Shown here: in pieces, positions 28,136 through 37,609 of the stretch
Layout: each line of letters begins with the position of its first letter
Numbering within the stretch: the stretch's first letter is position 1
Source of the DNA: an uncultured Clostridia bacterium
Lineage (GTDB): Bacteria; Bacillota; Clostridia; Acetivibrionales; CALMWN01
Direction: 5' to 3'
Assembly: GCA_937873555.1 (NCBI GenBank)
Contig: CALMWN010000410.1
Span: 1 to 45,813 of the forward strand
Length of the DNA stretch: 45,813 nucleotides
The notes under the pieces: generated by a model
The model's input: the letters and a program-made list of their open reading frames with translations, nothing else
Told to the model about the DNA's origin: nothing
The model's database searches: none
Program-made: the position numbers and the translations under genes

Positions 28136-30796
28136 ATGTTTAGTGAAAAAGAATTTGATGTGTGGAGTATTGAAAATAAAATACAAAATGCCGCAAAAAC
28201 ATTAATTCAAAATATAAGAAATTCTCAACCTAGTAGAGTTGTCGGTGGAGGTAAATACAATGTATCTGGTAGGTATCCAAGTAGGAAAATGAGACTGACA
28301 ATACAATTTGAAAGCCATCGTGTTGAACTTGCTTCGATTTATGAGAAGGAACATGATCCTGATATTTTAGAATACTATGATCAGCCACCTTCAATAAAAC
28401 TTAACTACCCAACAAAGGACGATAAAAATATTGGAGTAATGTCTACACCGGATTTTTTTGTTATTCACAAGAATGGTGCATACTGGGAGGAGTGGAAAAC
28501 GGAAGAGGAACTATTAAAGCTTTCTGTCCGTTCTCCAAATAGGTATGTCAGGGAGAAAAACGGTACATGGAGATGCTCACCGGGAGAAGAGTATGCAGCA
28601 AAGTATGGTTTGCAATACAAGTTAAGGTCTTCTTCAGAAATTGATTGGATTTTTCAAAGGAATATCATTTTCCTGGAAGATTATTTAACAGATGCTTCAA
28701 CAGTTGTTACTGAGAATGCAAAAAGAGAAATAGAAACTTTGATAGGTGAAAATCTCGGAGTTTTATTATCTGAATTAATTACAAGTACAGCAAATGCAAC
28801 TTCAGATGATATTTATTTAATGATCAGTAGAGAAGAAATATACGTTGATATTTATAAGAACTGTATAGCTGAGCCTGACACAGTAAAAGTATATAGAAAC
28901 TTAGAGCATGCAAAAGCATATGGAAATATCATTGAAAGCAATTATGAATCCATATATGAAATATCTACTATGAATATTGAGGTTGGGCAAAGAGTACTTT
29001 GGGATGGAGTTCGGTGGATGATTATTAATGTTGGCGAATATGATATATCTTTGTCTTCAGATACAAAAAAGTATATTAATTTACCGAATGATATTTTTGA
29101 AGCATATGCAAATCAGGGTAGGATAAAAGGAATTAACAATGACAATGATATATATCCGGCTGCAAAACATAAGGATATTATTTTAAAAGCCGATAAAGAA
29201 GATCTGGAAATTGCAAATTACCGGTATAAGTGTGTTAAAAAAGTGTTGAGTGGACAGGAATCAGATCAATTACAAGTTCCTGCCAGGACAATAAGACGTT
29301 GGATAAAAAGTTTTAAGGATGCACAAGAGATTTATGGCAATGGTTATGTTGGATTAATACCGGATCATAAAATGAAAGGAAACAGAACTAATAAATTGCC
29401 GGACGAATCATTAGAAATAGCAAATGAATTTATAGAGAATGATTATGAAACGAAAAAACAGAAGTCAAGATTTGCTGTTTATGGTGCTCTACTTAATGAA
29501 TGTGAAAAAAGAGGATTACTTGCACCCAGTTATAAGACTTTCTGTAATATGATTAATAATAGAAAAAAAGAGGAACAAGTAAAAAAAAGGATGGGAAATC
29601 GAGCTGCTTACAAGTATGAAAAATTTTATTGGGAATTAACACTGACCACTCCAAGGCATGGAGACCGGCCTTTTGAAATAGGACATATTGATCATACTGA
29701 ATTGGATTTGGAATTAATTCACTCCCGCATACATAGAAATTTAGGAAGGTGTTGGATTACATTCTTATCTGATGCGTTTGCCAGGAGAATTCTATCAGTA
29801 TATGTTACATTTGATCCACCAAGCTATCGTTCAGTTATGATGGCTCTTCGTGAATGTGTTAGGAGACATAACAGACTGCCACAATCAATAGTAATTGATG
29901 GGGGGAAGGAATTTAACAGTGTATACTTCGAAACTTTTTTAGCACACTATGAGGTTTTGAAAAAACAAAGGCCTCCAGCTAAAGCCCGATTTGGATCAGT
30001 TATTGAAAGGCTATTCGGGACAACTAATACTGAATTCATTAACAATTTACATGGTAACACGCAGATTATGAAAAATGTCAGGCAGGTAACAAAAAGTGTC
30101 AATCCAAAACAGCATGCAATATGGACTTTGAATCTTTTGCATGAAAGGCTCTGTATTTGGGCCTATGAGGTATATGATACAATTGAACATCCGGCTTTGG
30201 GACAAAAACCACGAGATGCTTTTCAATTAGGTATGACAACATCGGGGAGTCGACCCAAGAGGTTTGTTCCATTTGATGATATCTTTAAGATAATCTCCCT
30301 GGCGACCACGGGAAAAGGTTGTGCTAAAGTCCAGGTTGGACAGGGAGTTAGAATAAATTGTTTATACTATTGGTCGGATCTGATGAAAGATCCGGGAGTT
30401 GAGAATAAACAGGTTCCAATTCGTTATGATCCTTATGATATTGGAATAGCATATGCTTATATAAAAGGGAACTGGGTAAAATGTATTTCAGAATACTATT
30501 CAATACTCAAGGGAAGGACAGAAAAAGAGTTGCAGATGATTACTGAAGAGATTAGAAAACAGAAGAAAAATTCATCTATGAAAGTAAGTATTACTGCAAA
30601 AAAAATTGCTAAATTCATCAGGGAAAATGAAGAAATTGAAGCTATTCAAATGCAAAGGCTAAAGGATTTTGAAGCAAAACAGGTATTTAACAACATTGGA
30701 AATCAATGCGAAGAATCCAAGGAAAACATAGAAAAAGATATTTGTTTTGAAGAAAATGCTAATATTAAAAACTTAAGTGTTTATGGAGTTTACTGA
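28136..30796 (+). CDS. fused TnsA-like endonuclease / TnsB (TniA)-like DDE transposase
   Basis: The N-terminus has QFESHRVE...STPDFFVIHKNGAYWEEWK (TnsA-type E...D...ExK). Beyond it come an HTH region, GHIDHTELD, IVIDGGKEFNS and NTEFINN (DDE) and a long Mu-transposase-like C-terminus. Total 886 aa. Confidence 0.75.
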   Translation: MFSEKEFDVWSIENKIQNAAKTLIQNIRNSQPSRVVGGGKYNVSGRYPSRKMRLTIQFESHRVELASIYEKEHDPDILEYYDQPPSIKLNYPTKDDKNIGVMSTPDFFVIHKNGAYWEEWKTEEELLKLSVRSPNRYVREKNGTWRCSPGEEYAAKYGLQYKLRSSSEIDWIFQRNIIFLEDYLTDASTVVTENAKREIETLIGENLGVLLSELITSTANATSDDIYLMISREEIYVDIYKNCIAEPDTVKVYRNLEHAKAYGNIIESNYESIYEISTMNIEVGQRVLWDGVRWMIINVGEYDISLSSDTKKYINLPNDIFEAYANQGRIKGINNDNDIYPAAKHKDIILKADKEDLEIANYRYKCVKKVLSGQESDQLQVPARTIRRWIKSFKDAQEIYGNGYVGLIPDHKMKGNRTNKLPDESLEIANEFIENDYETKKQKSRFAVYGALLNECEKRGLLAPSYKTFCNMINNRKKEEQVKKRMGNRAAYKYEKFYWELTLTTPRHGDRPFEIGHIDHTELDLELIHSRIHRNLGRCWITFLSDAFARRILSVYVTFDPPSYRSVMMALRECVRRHNRLPQSIVIDGGKEFNSVYFETFLAHYEVLKKQRPPAKARFGSVIERLFGTTNTEFINNLHGNTQIMKNVRQVTKSVNPKQHAIWTLNLLHERLCIWAYEVYDTIEHPALGQKPRDAFQLGMTTSGSRPKRFVPFDDIFKIISLATTGKGCAKVQVGQGVRINCLYYWSDLMKDPGVENKQVPIRYDPYDIGIAYAYIKGNWVKCISEYYSILKGRTEKELQMITEEIRKQKKNSSMKVSITAKKIAKFIRENEEIEAIQMQRLKDFEAKQVFNNIGNQCEESKENIEKDICFEENANIKNLSVYGVY

Positions 30797-31968
30797 TGAC
30801 AAAGAATAGTGGCTTCCCCATATGTTTATTGGAACAACCAATTGAGAACAGAGCAAAATATTTTCACGAATTTACTGTAGCTCACCCCTTACTAGTGAAG
30901 TCTACAAAACAGGTATTAGATACGATTAAAAACCCGGAAGGATATTCAATTTTTATGGTAATTGGACCGACTGGTGTCGGGAAAACCACATTAAGAAAGA
31001 AGGTCGAGAAAATTGTTATTCAGGAAATGCTATCAGAAATGGAAAATGATAAAAGTTTCATTCCGATAGTGGGAATGGAAATCGTTTCACCTGACTCAGG
31101 AAAGTTTAGCTGGATAGATTATTATAAAAGAGCACTTCAAGAATTAAATGAACCAATGATTGACAAAAAAATTGATTATGATCAGCTTTTTTTAAAATCT
31201 AATTTTAAAAGTAAATATGCACTTACAAGTAAAAAAACAACTGCTATGGAATTGAGGAAATCCTTGGAAAGTGCTTTTCATTATAGAAGGACAGTTACAT
31301 TTCTTATTGATGAGGCACAACATTTTACAAAAATGGCTAGTGGTAGAAGATATCAGGACCAACTTGATACAATAAAATCCTTATCAAATATGACAAATGT
31401 TATCCATGTTTTAATTGGGACATATGAGCTGCTGCCTTTTGTCAACTTAAGCGGGCAATTAAGCCGTAGAACTATTGATATACACTTTCCCCGGTATAAA
31501 GCTGATAGCAATGATGACCTATATATATTCAATAGTGTATTAAAAACATTTGAGAGCCATATGCCTCTAGAAAAAGAAAGTAACCTTATTAAGTATTGGG
31601 ATTTCATTTATGAGAGAACAATAGGATGTGTAGGTATTCTGAAAAATTGGTTGGAGAGGTGCCTTAATGAAGCCTTACATGAAGGTTATAAATCAATAGA
31701 TTTTGAATTGCTAAAAAAACACTCACTTTCTCTTTCTAAAGCCGAGAAGATGGCTATTGAAGCAATTGAAGGTGAATCTACTCTAGAAGATAATGAAGAA
31801 AAAAAGATAAATCTGCATAAAATACTTGGTATAAATTCTTCGAATGGTGAAAAAACTACAAATATCGACAAATGTGGTAAAAGTGTAGGGAAAAATAAGA
31901 AAAAACATAATGTAGGTCAGCGAAAACCGATGCGTGATGAAGTTGGACAATTGGAGAAAGCAAAATAA
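30796..31968 (+). CDS. tnsC: TnsC/TniB-type AAA+ transposition ATPase
   Basis: VIGPTGVGKTTL (Walker A) and FLIDEAQHF (Walker B). The ATG overlaps the upstream stop (ATGA). Confidence 0.8.
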   Translation: MTKNSGFPICLLEQPIENRAKYFHEFTVAHPLLVKSTKQVLDTIKNPEGYSIFMVIGPTGVGKTTLRKKVEKIVIQEMLSEMENDKSFIPIVGMEIVSPDSGKFSWIDYYKRALQELNEPMIDKKIDYDQLFLKSNFKSKYALTSKKTTAMELRKSLESAFHYRRTVTFLIDEAQHFTKMASGRRYQDQLDTIKSLSNMTNVIHVLIGTYELLPFVNLSGQLSRRTIDIHFPRYKADSNDDLYIFNSVLKTFESHMPLEKESNLIKYWDFIYERTIGCVGILKNWLERCLNEALHEGYKSIDFELLKKHSLSLSKAEKMAIEAIEGESTLEDNEEKKINLHKILGINSSNGEKTTNIDKCGKSVGKNKKKHNVGQRKPMRDEVGQLEKAK

Positions 31969-33364
31969 TAAATATATATCTTTTCAGGATCTTGACTTAG
32001 AGCTTCCGAATTTTTCAAAAAGAAGCAGGTTTTACTCATTGGATCCAATTGGAGTTGGAACACCTAATGTAGAGAACTTTACGAGCTACATTAACAGACT
32101 AGCTATCACACATAAAATTACTGTAAGTAGTCTGTTACAGTGCCTAATAAAAGAGGAGAGGGGAAATAATAGTTCTTTCAATATTCCGCATTTGAATTCA
32201 TTTTATAGAAATAATAGTACTGCTTTAAATGGTGTTAGTAGTAAATCAAATATTTTTTTAACAGCATTTAGTAATCAAGTGTGTAAAAATAATTTATCAA
32301 GTCTAACTTTAGTACCTTGGAGTAGTGTTTTACCTCAACACAACCTTATTAGAAGAATGAAGGGCTATTGCCCATTTTGTTATGAATATTTAAAAAAAAA
32401 TAACATTGAAATTTATGATCTATTATTATGGTCTTTTAGTTCTCTAACTATTTGCCCAGTACATAAAACAAAACTTCAATTTAACTGTACATATCATGAT
32501 TGCGGAAAGGTTCAATATAATTTAGATACTTGTTCGAGACCGGGATACTGCAATAAATGTCATCGTTGGTTAGGAAATGATTTTGCTGATCTAAAAAGAG
32601 ATGAAGAAGTGATGATTAATTTAGATTTCCAAGTTTGGGCTGCAGATCAAATTGGTAAGATAATATCAGAAACGAATAAATTGAAATCTTTACCCAGACG
32701 CGAGAATATTATGATAGCTTTAAATATATTAAAGAATAAGTATTTTAATGATTCTATTCCAAATATTTCAGAATTTTTCAATATACCTATAGCCAGTATA
32801 AGATTTTGGTGTGAAGGTAGGTGGATACCAAACATAGAAGCTTTATTAATAATATGTTATAGAATGCAAATATCTTTATTAGATTTATTAAAATACGGGA
32901 TACTGACAAAAGAATCGGAATGTGTGTTTCATATTGAAAATCAGAATGTGGATTATAAAAGGCGAGATTTTAAAAAAGCTATAATTGATGAAAACAAATT
33001 ACGTACAGATTTGCAAAATATTTTAGATAGCAATGAGATACCACCGCCACCCTTAACTGCAGTCGCAAAAAGGCTTGGTATATCTGTTAGGACAATACAA
33101 AAAAGATTGCCAGATCTGTCTAGGCAAATATCAAAAAAAAGGTTTGAATATAGAAAGTTGGAAAAGACAAAAAGACAAGAACAGTTTTATAAAGAAATAA
33201 AAGCTGCTGTAATTCAAATAACTAATGATGGATTATATCCAAACATTTTAAGAATAAGTGATTATATATCTAAATCACCACTTGTATTTTATGAATTTGA
33301 ATCATTAAAAGTTTGGAGAGAAATAATGGCTGAATTATCTCTTGAGCCTAAAATTGAAAAGTAA
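31934..33364 (+). CDS. tniQ: TniQ-family target selector (paralog 2, intact)
   Basis: RSRFYSLDPIGVGTPNVENFTSYINRLAITH, YCPFC...ICPVH...YCNKCHRWLG. Overlaps the 3' end of tnsC. Confidence 0.8.
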   Translation: MMKLDNWRKQNNKYISFQDLDLELPNFSKRSRFYSLDPIGVGTPNVENFTSYINRLAITHKITVSSLLQCLIKEERGNNSSFNIPHLNSFYRNNSTALNGVSSKSNIFLTAFSNQVCKNNLSSLTLVPWSSVLPQHNLIRRMKGYCPFCYEYLKKNNIEIYDLLLWSFSSLTICPVHKTKLQFNCTYHDCGKVQYNLDTCSRPGYCNKCHRWLGNDFADLKRDEEVMINLDFQVWAADQIGKIISETNKLKSLPRRENIMIALNILKNKYFNDSIPNISEFFNIPIASIRFWCEGRWIPNIEALLIICYRMQISLLDLLKYGILTKESECVFHIENQNVDYKRRDFKKAIIDENKLRTDLQNILDSNEIPPPPLTAVAKRLGISVRTIQKRLPDLSRQISKKRFEYRKLEKTKRQEQFYKEIKAAVIQITNDGLYPNILRISDYISKSPLVFYEFESLKVWREIMAELSLEPKIEK

Positions 33365-33480
33365 TTCTATTTAGAGTAATATCAACTCTATTATAACTCA
33401 GGTATTACTTATATTTTGATATATTTTTAGAAAATGTTATAATATTTATAGAAAAAAATTTATCACAGATAAAAAATTCT

Positions 33481-33595
33481 GGCAAGCTTATGCTTCAAAA
33501 AATTAATCTTGGCAAATATATGCTTCAAAATGCAATATTCTATCTCTTGAAAATAGGTTCAAAGGTACCTTTTTCGGCTAACTTATGGTTCAAAA
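33481..33595 (+). repeat. three direct 20-bp repeats GGCaAnnTTATGcTTCAAAA (candidate transposase-binding sites / transposon end)
   Basis: GGCAAGCTTATGCTTCAAAA at 33481-33500, GGCAAATATATGCTTCAAAA at 33511-33530 and GGCTAACTTATGGTTCAAAA at 33576-33595. A partial copy lies near 33553-33566. Confidence 0.5.
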
Positions 33596-33691
33596 CGTGG
33601 CCACTTTATAATTCAATTCACATGTATTAAAAACGTACGAAATATATAGCTAATAGAAAAGGAAGCAATCCTATTAATTTAAAAAGGGGTA

Positions 33692-34246
33692 ATGAATTTG
33701 AATAAATATTTCAATTCTTTCGACTTGCAATATTATATTTTTTTTAAAGAGTATAAATTTAAGCTTAATCTTATAGGCTTTACAGCTCAATTATTGCCAT
33801 TTTTACTGTTATTCATTTTTATACCGATGGAATATTTATTTAATGAAATTTTCTGGCCGATCCTCTTTGTTGTTTTCGTGCTTACCAGATTTCCACATGA
33901 ATATTTACATAAGTATGGCGGCTACATTATTGGAGTGAAATGCAAATGTGATTTTTTAAAGGTTAACGCCACGTGTACTCCGCTAGCTCCCATATTATGG
34001 TTTCAAGTTGTCATTATTGCAGCTACTCCGTTGATTGTATTGGGAATATTATTCTTAAGTACAATGTTTATATTCTACATTTTAAACCTAAGCTTATGGT
34101 TCTATATTGGGCTGGCATCCTTTTTGCTTTTAATAATATCCTGTGAGGGTGACATTGGATACATTTTCTATGCTCTCAGGTACAAAACGGGCTATGTCTT
34201 TGTTGATGAAGGAATAATGTTGAAGGTTTACAAACATAATATATAA
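33692..34246 (+). CDS. polytopic membrane protein with HExxH (DUF3267-like putative zincin peptidase)
   Basis: Several hydrophobic segments and the motif FPHEYLHKYGG. Confidence 0.45.
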   Translation: MNLNKYFNSFDLQYYIFFKEYKFKLNLIGFTAQLLPFLLLFIFIPMEYLFNEIFWPILFVVFVLTRFPHEYLHKYGGYIIGVKCKCDFLKVNATCTPLAPILWFQVVIIAATPLIVLGILFLSTMFIFYILNLSLWFYIGLASFLLLIISCEGDIGYIFYALRYKTGYVFVDEGIMLKVYKHNI

Positions 34247-34387
34247 TCCTCTTAATTTACGGTGGACAACTAATAAAAGAGGCGGAGTCAAATAAATATC
34301 TTTTAAACAGTTCCATAAATGGAGCAGATGCTAAAGAAATAAGTACCAGGATAAGTACCAAAATGCTTTAGAGATGGAGTTGAAAAA

Positions 34388-34549
34388 ATGAAATGCAAGG
34401 TTACTTTGAACGAAAAATATTATTTAGTTTATTATAATGAAAAGAAAATAATAGGGAAAATAACTATATTAAATGGAAATAGTGAAGAATATACAGATCG
34501 AGAAGAAAACCCCAAACTATATGACGCAATATCTGTAAAATTAAACTAA
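34388..34549 (+). CDS. possible small protein (53 aa)
   Basis: ATG preceded by GGAG about 11 nt upstream. MKCKVTLNEKYYLVYYNEKKIIG... Not in the ORF track because it is under 60 aa. Confidence 0.2.
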   Translation: MKCKVTLNEKYYLVYYNEKKIIGKITILNGNSEEYTDREENPKLYDAISVKLN

Positions 34550-34599
34550 CAACCCTCATATAATAGTTAATTAAATCATTAATTATCAAGGAGTCAATA

Positions 34600-35604
34600 A
34601 TGAACCAGCTATTATTAAAGGAAATTCCTGTATATGTGCAGGAATTTCTAAGACACATTCAAGTTAAAAAAGGAGCTTCTTTGAAAACCGTTGAGGATTA
34701 CTTTTATGAATTACGGCTGTTTTTGAGGCTTTATAAAAAGAATAAAAGTCATCTGCCTTCAGAATCCGGACTTGATAACATAGACATCCTTGACATTCAA
34801 TTGAAAGACTTGGAAAACTTAAAAACAACCGAGCTTACAGAATATTTAGCATATATAAAACCTTTAAAACAAGATAATCCGAAAGCCAATAAAAAATCAA
34901 TTACTAACGATGCTGACAGAGCTCCTGCTAAAAGAACAAAATCAAAGCGTCTGGCCTGTTTGAAATCATTCTTTAATTATTTGGAAATAACTGCAGAGTT
35001 GATAACCCGAAATCCTACACGGAAGGAAAGCCACATAAAGTTAGATAAGAGGGAAGTAAAATACCTGACCGACGAAGAGAGCATCAAGCTTCTGAGTGTA
35101 ATAAAAGGTGAGCACCATCAAAGGGACTATGCAATAATAACATTGTTTTTAGTATGTGCCTTGCGATTGTCTGAATTGGTAGGAATTAATTTGAGCCATA
35201 TCCAGAACAATGTTTTAACAGTAATAGGGAAGGGAGACAAGGAGAGAAAAATACCTCTTTCAGCATCATGTACCAGGGCAATAGATTCTTATAAAAGAGT
35301 ACGTCCCAAAAGCACGCAAGATAAGGATGCACTATTTCTTAGTGAAAGGCTACAAAGAATCAGTAAAAAAACAGTACAGTATATGGTCAAGAAATATATT
35401 GCCGCTGCCGGCCTGGATGTGAAAAAATATTCAACCCATAAACTTCGTCACACTGCAGCAACTCTAATGTATCTGCATGGCAATAAAGACCTCCGGGCCC
35501 TACAGGAACTTCTTGGTCATGAGGATATTTCAACAACTCAGGTGTATACGCATATAAGGGATAAGGAAAAGAGAGATCTGATTAACAGTAACCCTTTGGC
35601 ATGA
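34600..35604 (+). CDS. tyrosine recombinase (XerC/XerD-like or integrase)
   Basis: ALRLSELVGI...HKLRHTAATLMY...LLGHEDISTTQVYTH. AAGGAG lies 7 nt upstream. Confidence 0.85.
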   Translation: MNQLLLKEIPVYVQEFLRHIQVKKGASLKTVEDYFYELRLFLRLYKKNKSHLPSESGLDNIDILDIQLKDLENLKTTELTEYLAYIKPLKQDNPKANKKSITNDADRAPAKRTKSKRLACLKSFFNYLEITAELITRNPTRKESHIKLDKREVKYLTDEESIKLLSVIKGEHHQRDYAIITLFLVCALRLSELVGINLSHIQNNVLTVIGKGDKERKIPLSASCTRAIDSYKRVRPKSTQDKDALFLSERLQRISKKTVQYMVKKYIAAAGLDVKKYSTHKLRHTAATLMYLHGNKDLRALQELLGHEDISTTQVYTHIRDKEKRDLINSNPLA

Positions 35605-35804
35605 ATTATGAATTAGATATCCGTAATAAGAGAGCTCATAAGTAAAAAAATATTTTTTGAATAATTATGTGCTTTTTCATATAAGTAAACGATATAATTA
35701 ATTGTATGAACGTATGTTAAATAATAAATATCATGGCAATTCTACTTCACAAATGAAGGTAGTTTTGTTTCTTTAGAATGCTATAATTTTTAATATTATC
35801 TTCC

Positions 35805-35842
35805 CTCTGATTATACCTAATACAGTTTAGGTATAATCAGAG
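35805..35842. repeat. perfect 16-bp inverted repeat with 6-nt loop
   Basis: CTCTGATTATACCTAA-tacagt-TTAGGTATAATCAGAG, between the convergent recombinase and PLD genes. No U-tract on either side. Confidence 0.8.
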
Positions 35843-35905
35843 AGACTAAAAACGCTCTTTGCGTAGTAGATATTTATTTACCCGAAAACACTAGATATAT
35901 CGAAC

Positions 35906-37456
35906 TTACCAATCAATCCCTAATTCGATTAACATATCATCTTTTTTTATCTCGGTAACATTTCTGTCGATATAATCATTTTTGTTTTTAAATATAGTAT
36001 TATTTTTTATATAATACGTTTTTTTGCTTGATAAAATTATGTCTACCTCGGTTGCTTTCCAGAGCAGTTGATAATCATTATTTTTTATTAATCTTAATAG
36101 CTCCTTTTTACTAAGTTCTCTATCAAAACATTGATTCTTAATACTTGCCATAGACCTATAATACTTGCCTTCATATTTACAGAATATTAGTTGTTTTGAA
36201 GTAAGAGCATCAACTATTTTCATATCACCAAGTTCTATATCAAATACTTTTTCACAATTTGCTTTAACCGCGTGAATAGTGTTTTCAACTGGTTCTTCTT
36301 CAATTAACTGTCCGTTTTTAAATATTTGATAATAGTCTGCAAAATAGACGTACTCAGTACCTAATTCCGTATTAATCTTGAAAAAGGAGCAATTCAACTT
36401 ACGATACTGATTTATTAGTGCGGATATGGAACGAAAATCATAATGGCTTGTATTACTTGTTAGAAATTTACCGAGATCAGCCATAGAGTCATATATTTTA
36501 TCCCTAAAGAGTAGTTTTGTTTTTTCCTTATATTTCTCCTTAACCTCAGATTCCTTGTTTAACTCATCGATTTGGGCTTGAATTTCATTTTTGGACAGCT
36601 TTAAGTAATCATCCTCGAACCGCCATATGTCTCTTTTGTAATGCTCTTTTTTCCCCTTACATACATCACTAATGTATCCATAGCTGCGCTTTGAATAATA
36701 ATACTGTTCAGCGGCCTCTAACATAGAATTGTATCTTACCCCTGTATTTAGGCACACTACAGGTTTCGACAAATGAAGTTTTGCAGATTCATTCATCAAC
36801 TTTAAATGTTCTGGAGATATTACTTTTCCTTTATTAGCATCCGATATTTTCTTTTTCTGCTCATCTGTCGGGCTCCATGAACCTTTATTATTTTTTCTAA
36901 CTTCTCTAGCTTTTTCCATTGGTGTTTTTTTAAATACTTGATCTTCTAAATCCTGAGAGACGGTTGAATCAATTTTATTACCCTGATTATGATTTATTAT
37001 TTCTTTAAACCTATCTAATCTTTCCTTTGTTAATGTTGTGGCAGCTCTCCAATATTCTTCGTATAATTTATTTAGATCATCAAAGCAAGTGTCATCATAG
37101 GGTATTCCAAAATTAATTTCACGGTTATTTTTTAGACCTCCATTCGTAAAATTACTCGATCCTACTATTATATATAATTCATCAAACACAAAAATTTTAG
37201 AATGAAAATTCTGCTCTGTAAAAAATTTTATTGTGATATTTGGATTATTAATTATCTTTTCCAATGCAAAATATGATGTAGCAATGCATAATCGTACAAC
37301 CAATCTTATTTTACTGTTATTATCAATCAACTTATTGAGAAATTCATTTTCGGTGAAAAATGGGGCTGCAATTGATACACGCGGGCAGTTACTATAATTC
37401 AATAAAGTATTTATGAGATAATCTTCTTTATCTATTGAATTGGTAAACAATTCCAT
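35906..37456 (-). CDS. PLD-family (HKD) nuclease fused to NUMOD-type homing-endonuclease DNA-binding modules
   Basis: The N-terminus has HSKIFVFDELYIIVGSSNFT (HxK..D..GSxN). The middle has SPTDEQKKKISDANKGK and SPEHLKLMNESAK (NUMOD3-like), then KPVVCLNTGVRYNSMLEAAEQ...ISDVCKGKKEHYKRDIWRFED (NUMOD1/IENR-like). Further degenerate repeats follow. Confidence 0.65.
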   Translation of the reverse strand: MELFTNSIDKEDYLINTLLNYSNCPRVSIAAPFFTENEFLNKLIDNNSKIRLVVRLCIATSYFALEKIINNPNITIKFFTEQNFHSKIFVFDELYIIVGSSNFTNGGLKNNREINFGIPYDDTCFDDLNKLYEEYWRAATTLTKERLDRFKEIINHNQGNKIDSTVSQDLEDQVFKKTPMEKAREVRKNNKGSWSPTDEQKKKISDANKGKVISPEHLKLMNESAKLHLSKPVVCLNTGVRYNSMLEAAEQYYYSKRSYGYISDVCKGKKEHYKRDIWRFEDDYLKLSKNEIQAQIDELNKESEVKEKYKEKTKLLFRDKIYDSMADLGKFLTSNTSHYDFRSISALINQYRKLNCSFFKINTELGTEYVYFADYYQIFKNGQLIEEEPVENTIHAVKANCEKVFDIELGDMKIVDALTSKQLIFCKYEGKYYRSMASIKNQCFDRELSKKELLRLIKNNDYQLLWKATEVDIILSSKKTYYIKNNTIFKNKNDYIDRNVTEIKKDDMLIELGIDW

Positions 37457-37609
37457 CGTTTCACCTACCCTACAGCCTTAATTTATGTTAAATATTATAA
37501 CAGAAAATGGATTGAAATTTAACCTTGTTGGAGTAGTACCAGCATGCTGATACTTATCTACACTTGTTATAAATAATGATACAATGGTTGGATGTTAAAA
37601 TGTTGCACT

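Noticed and set aside
29095-29107. 13-nt match (TTTTGAAGCATAT) to the reverse complement of the 33511 repeat, as a possible opposite transposon end
   Set aside because: It lies inside the coding sequence of the transposase itself. It is a single copy and the match does not extend. Treated as coincidence.
33481-33595. Possible mini-CRISPR array next to the Tn7-like genes
   Set aside because: There are only three imperfect 20-bp repeats with unequal spacing (30 and 65 bp), no palindromic repeat structure and no cas genes. They are better explained as protein-binding sites.
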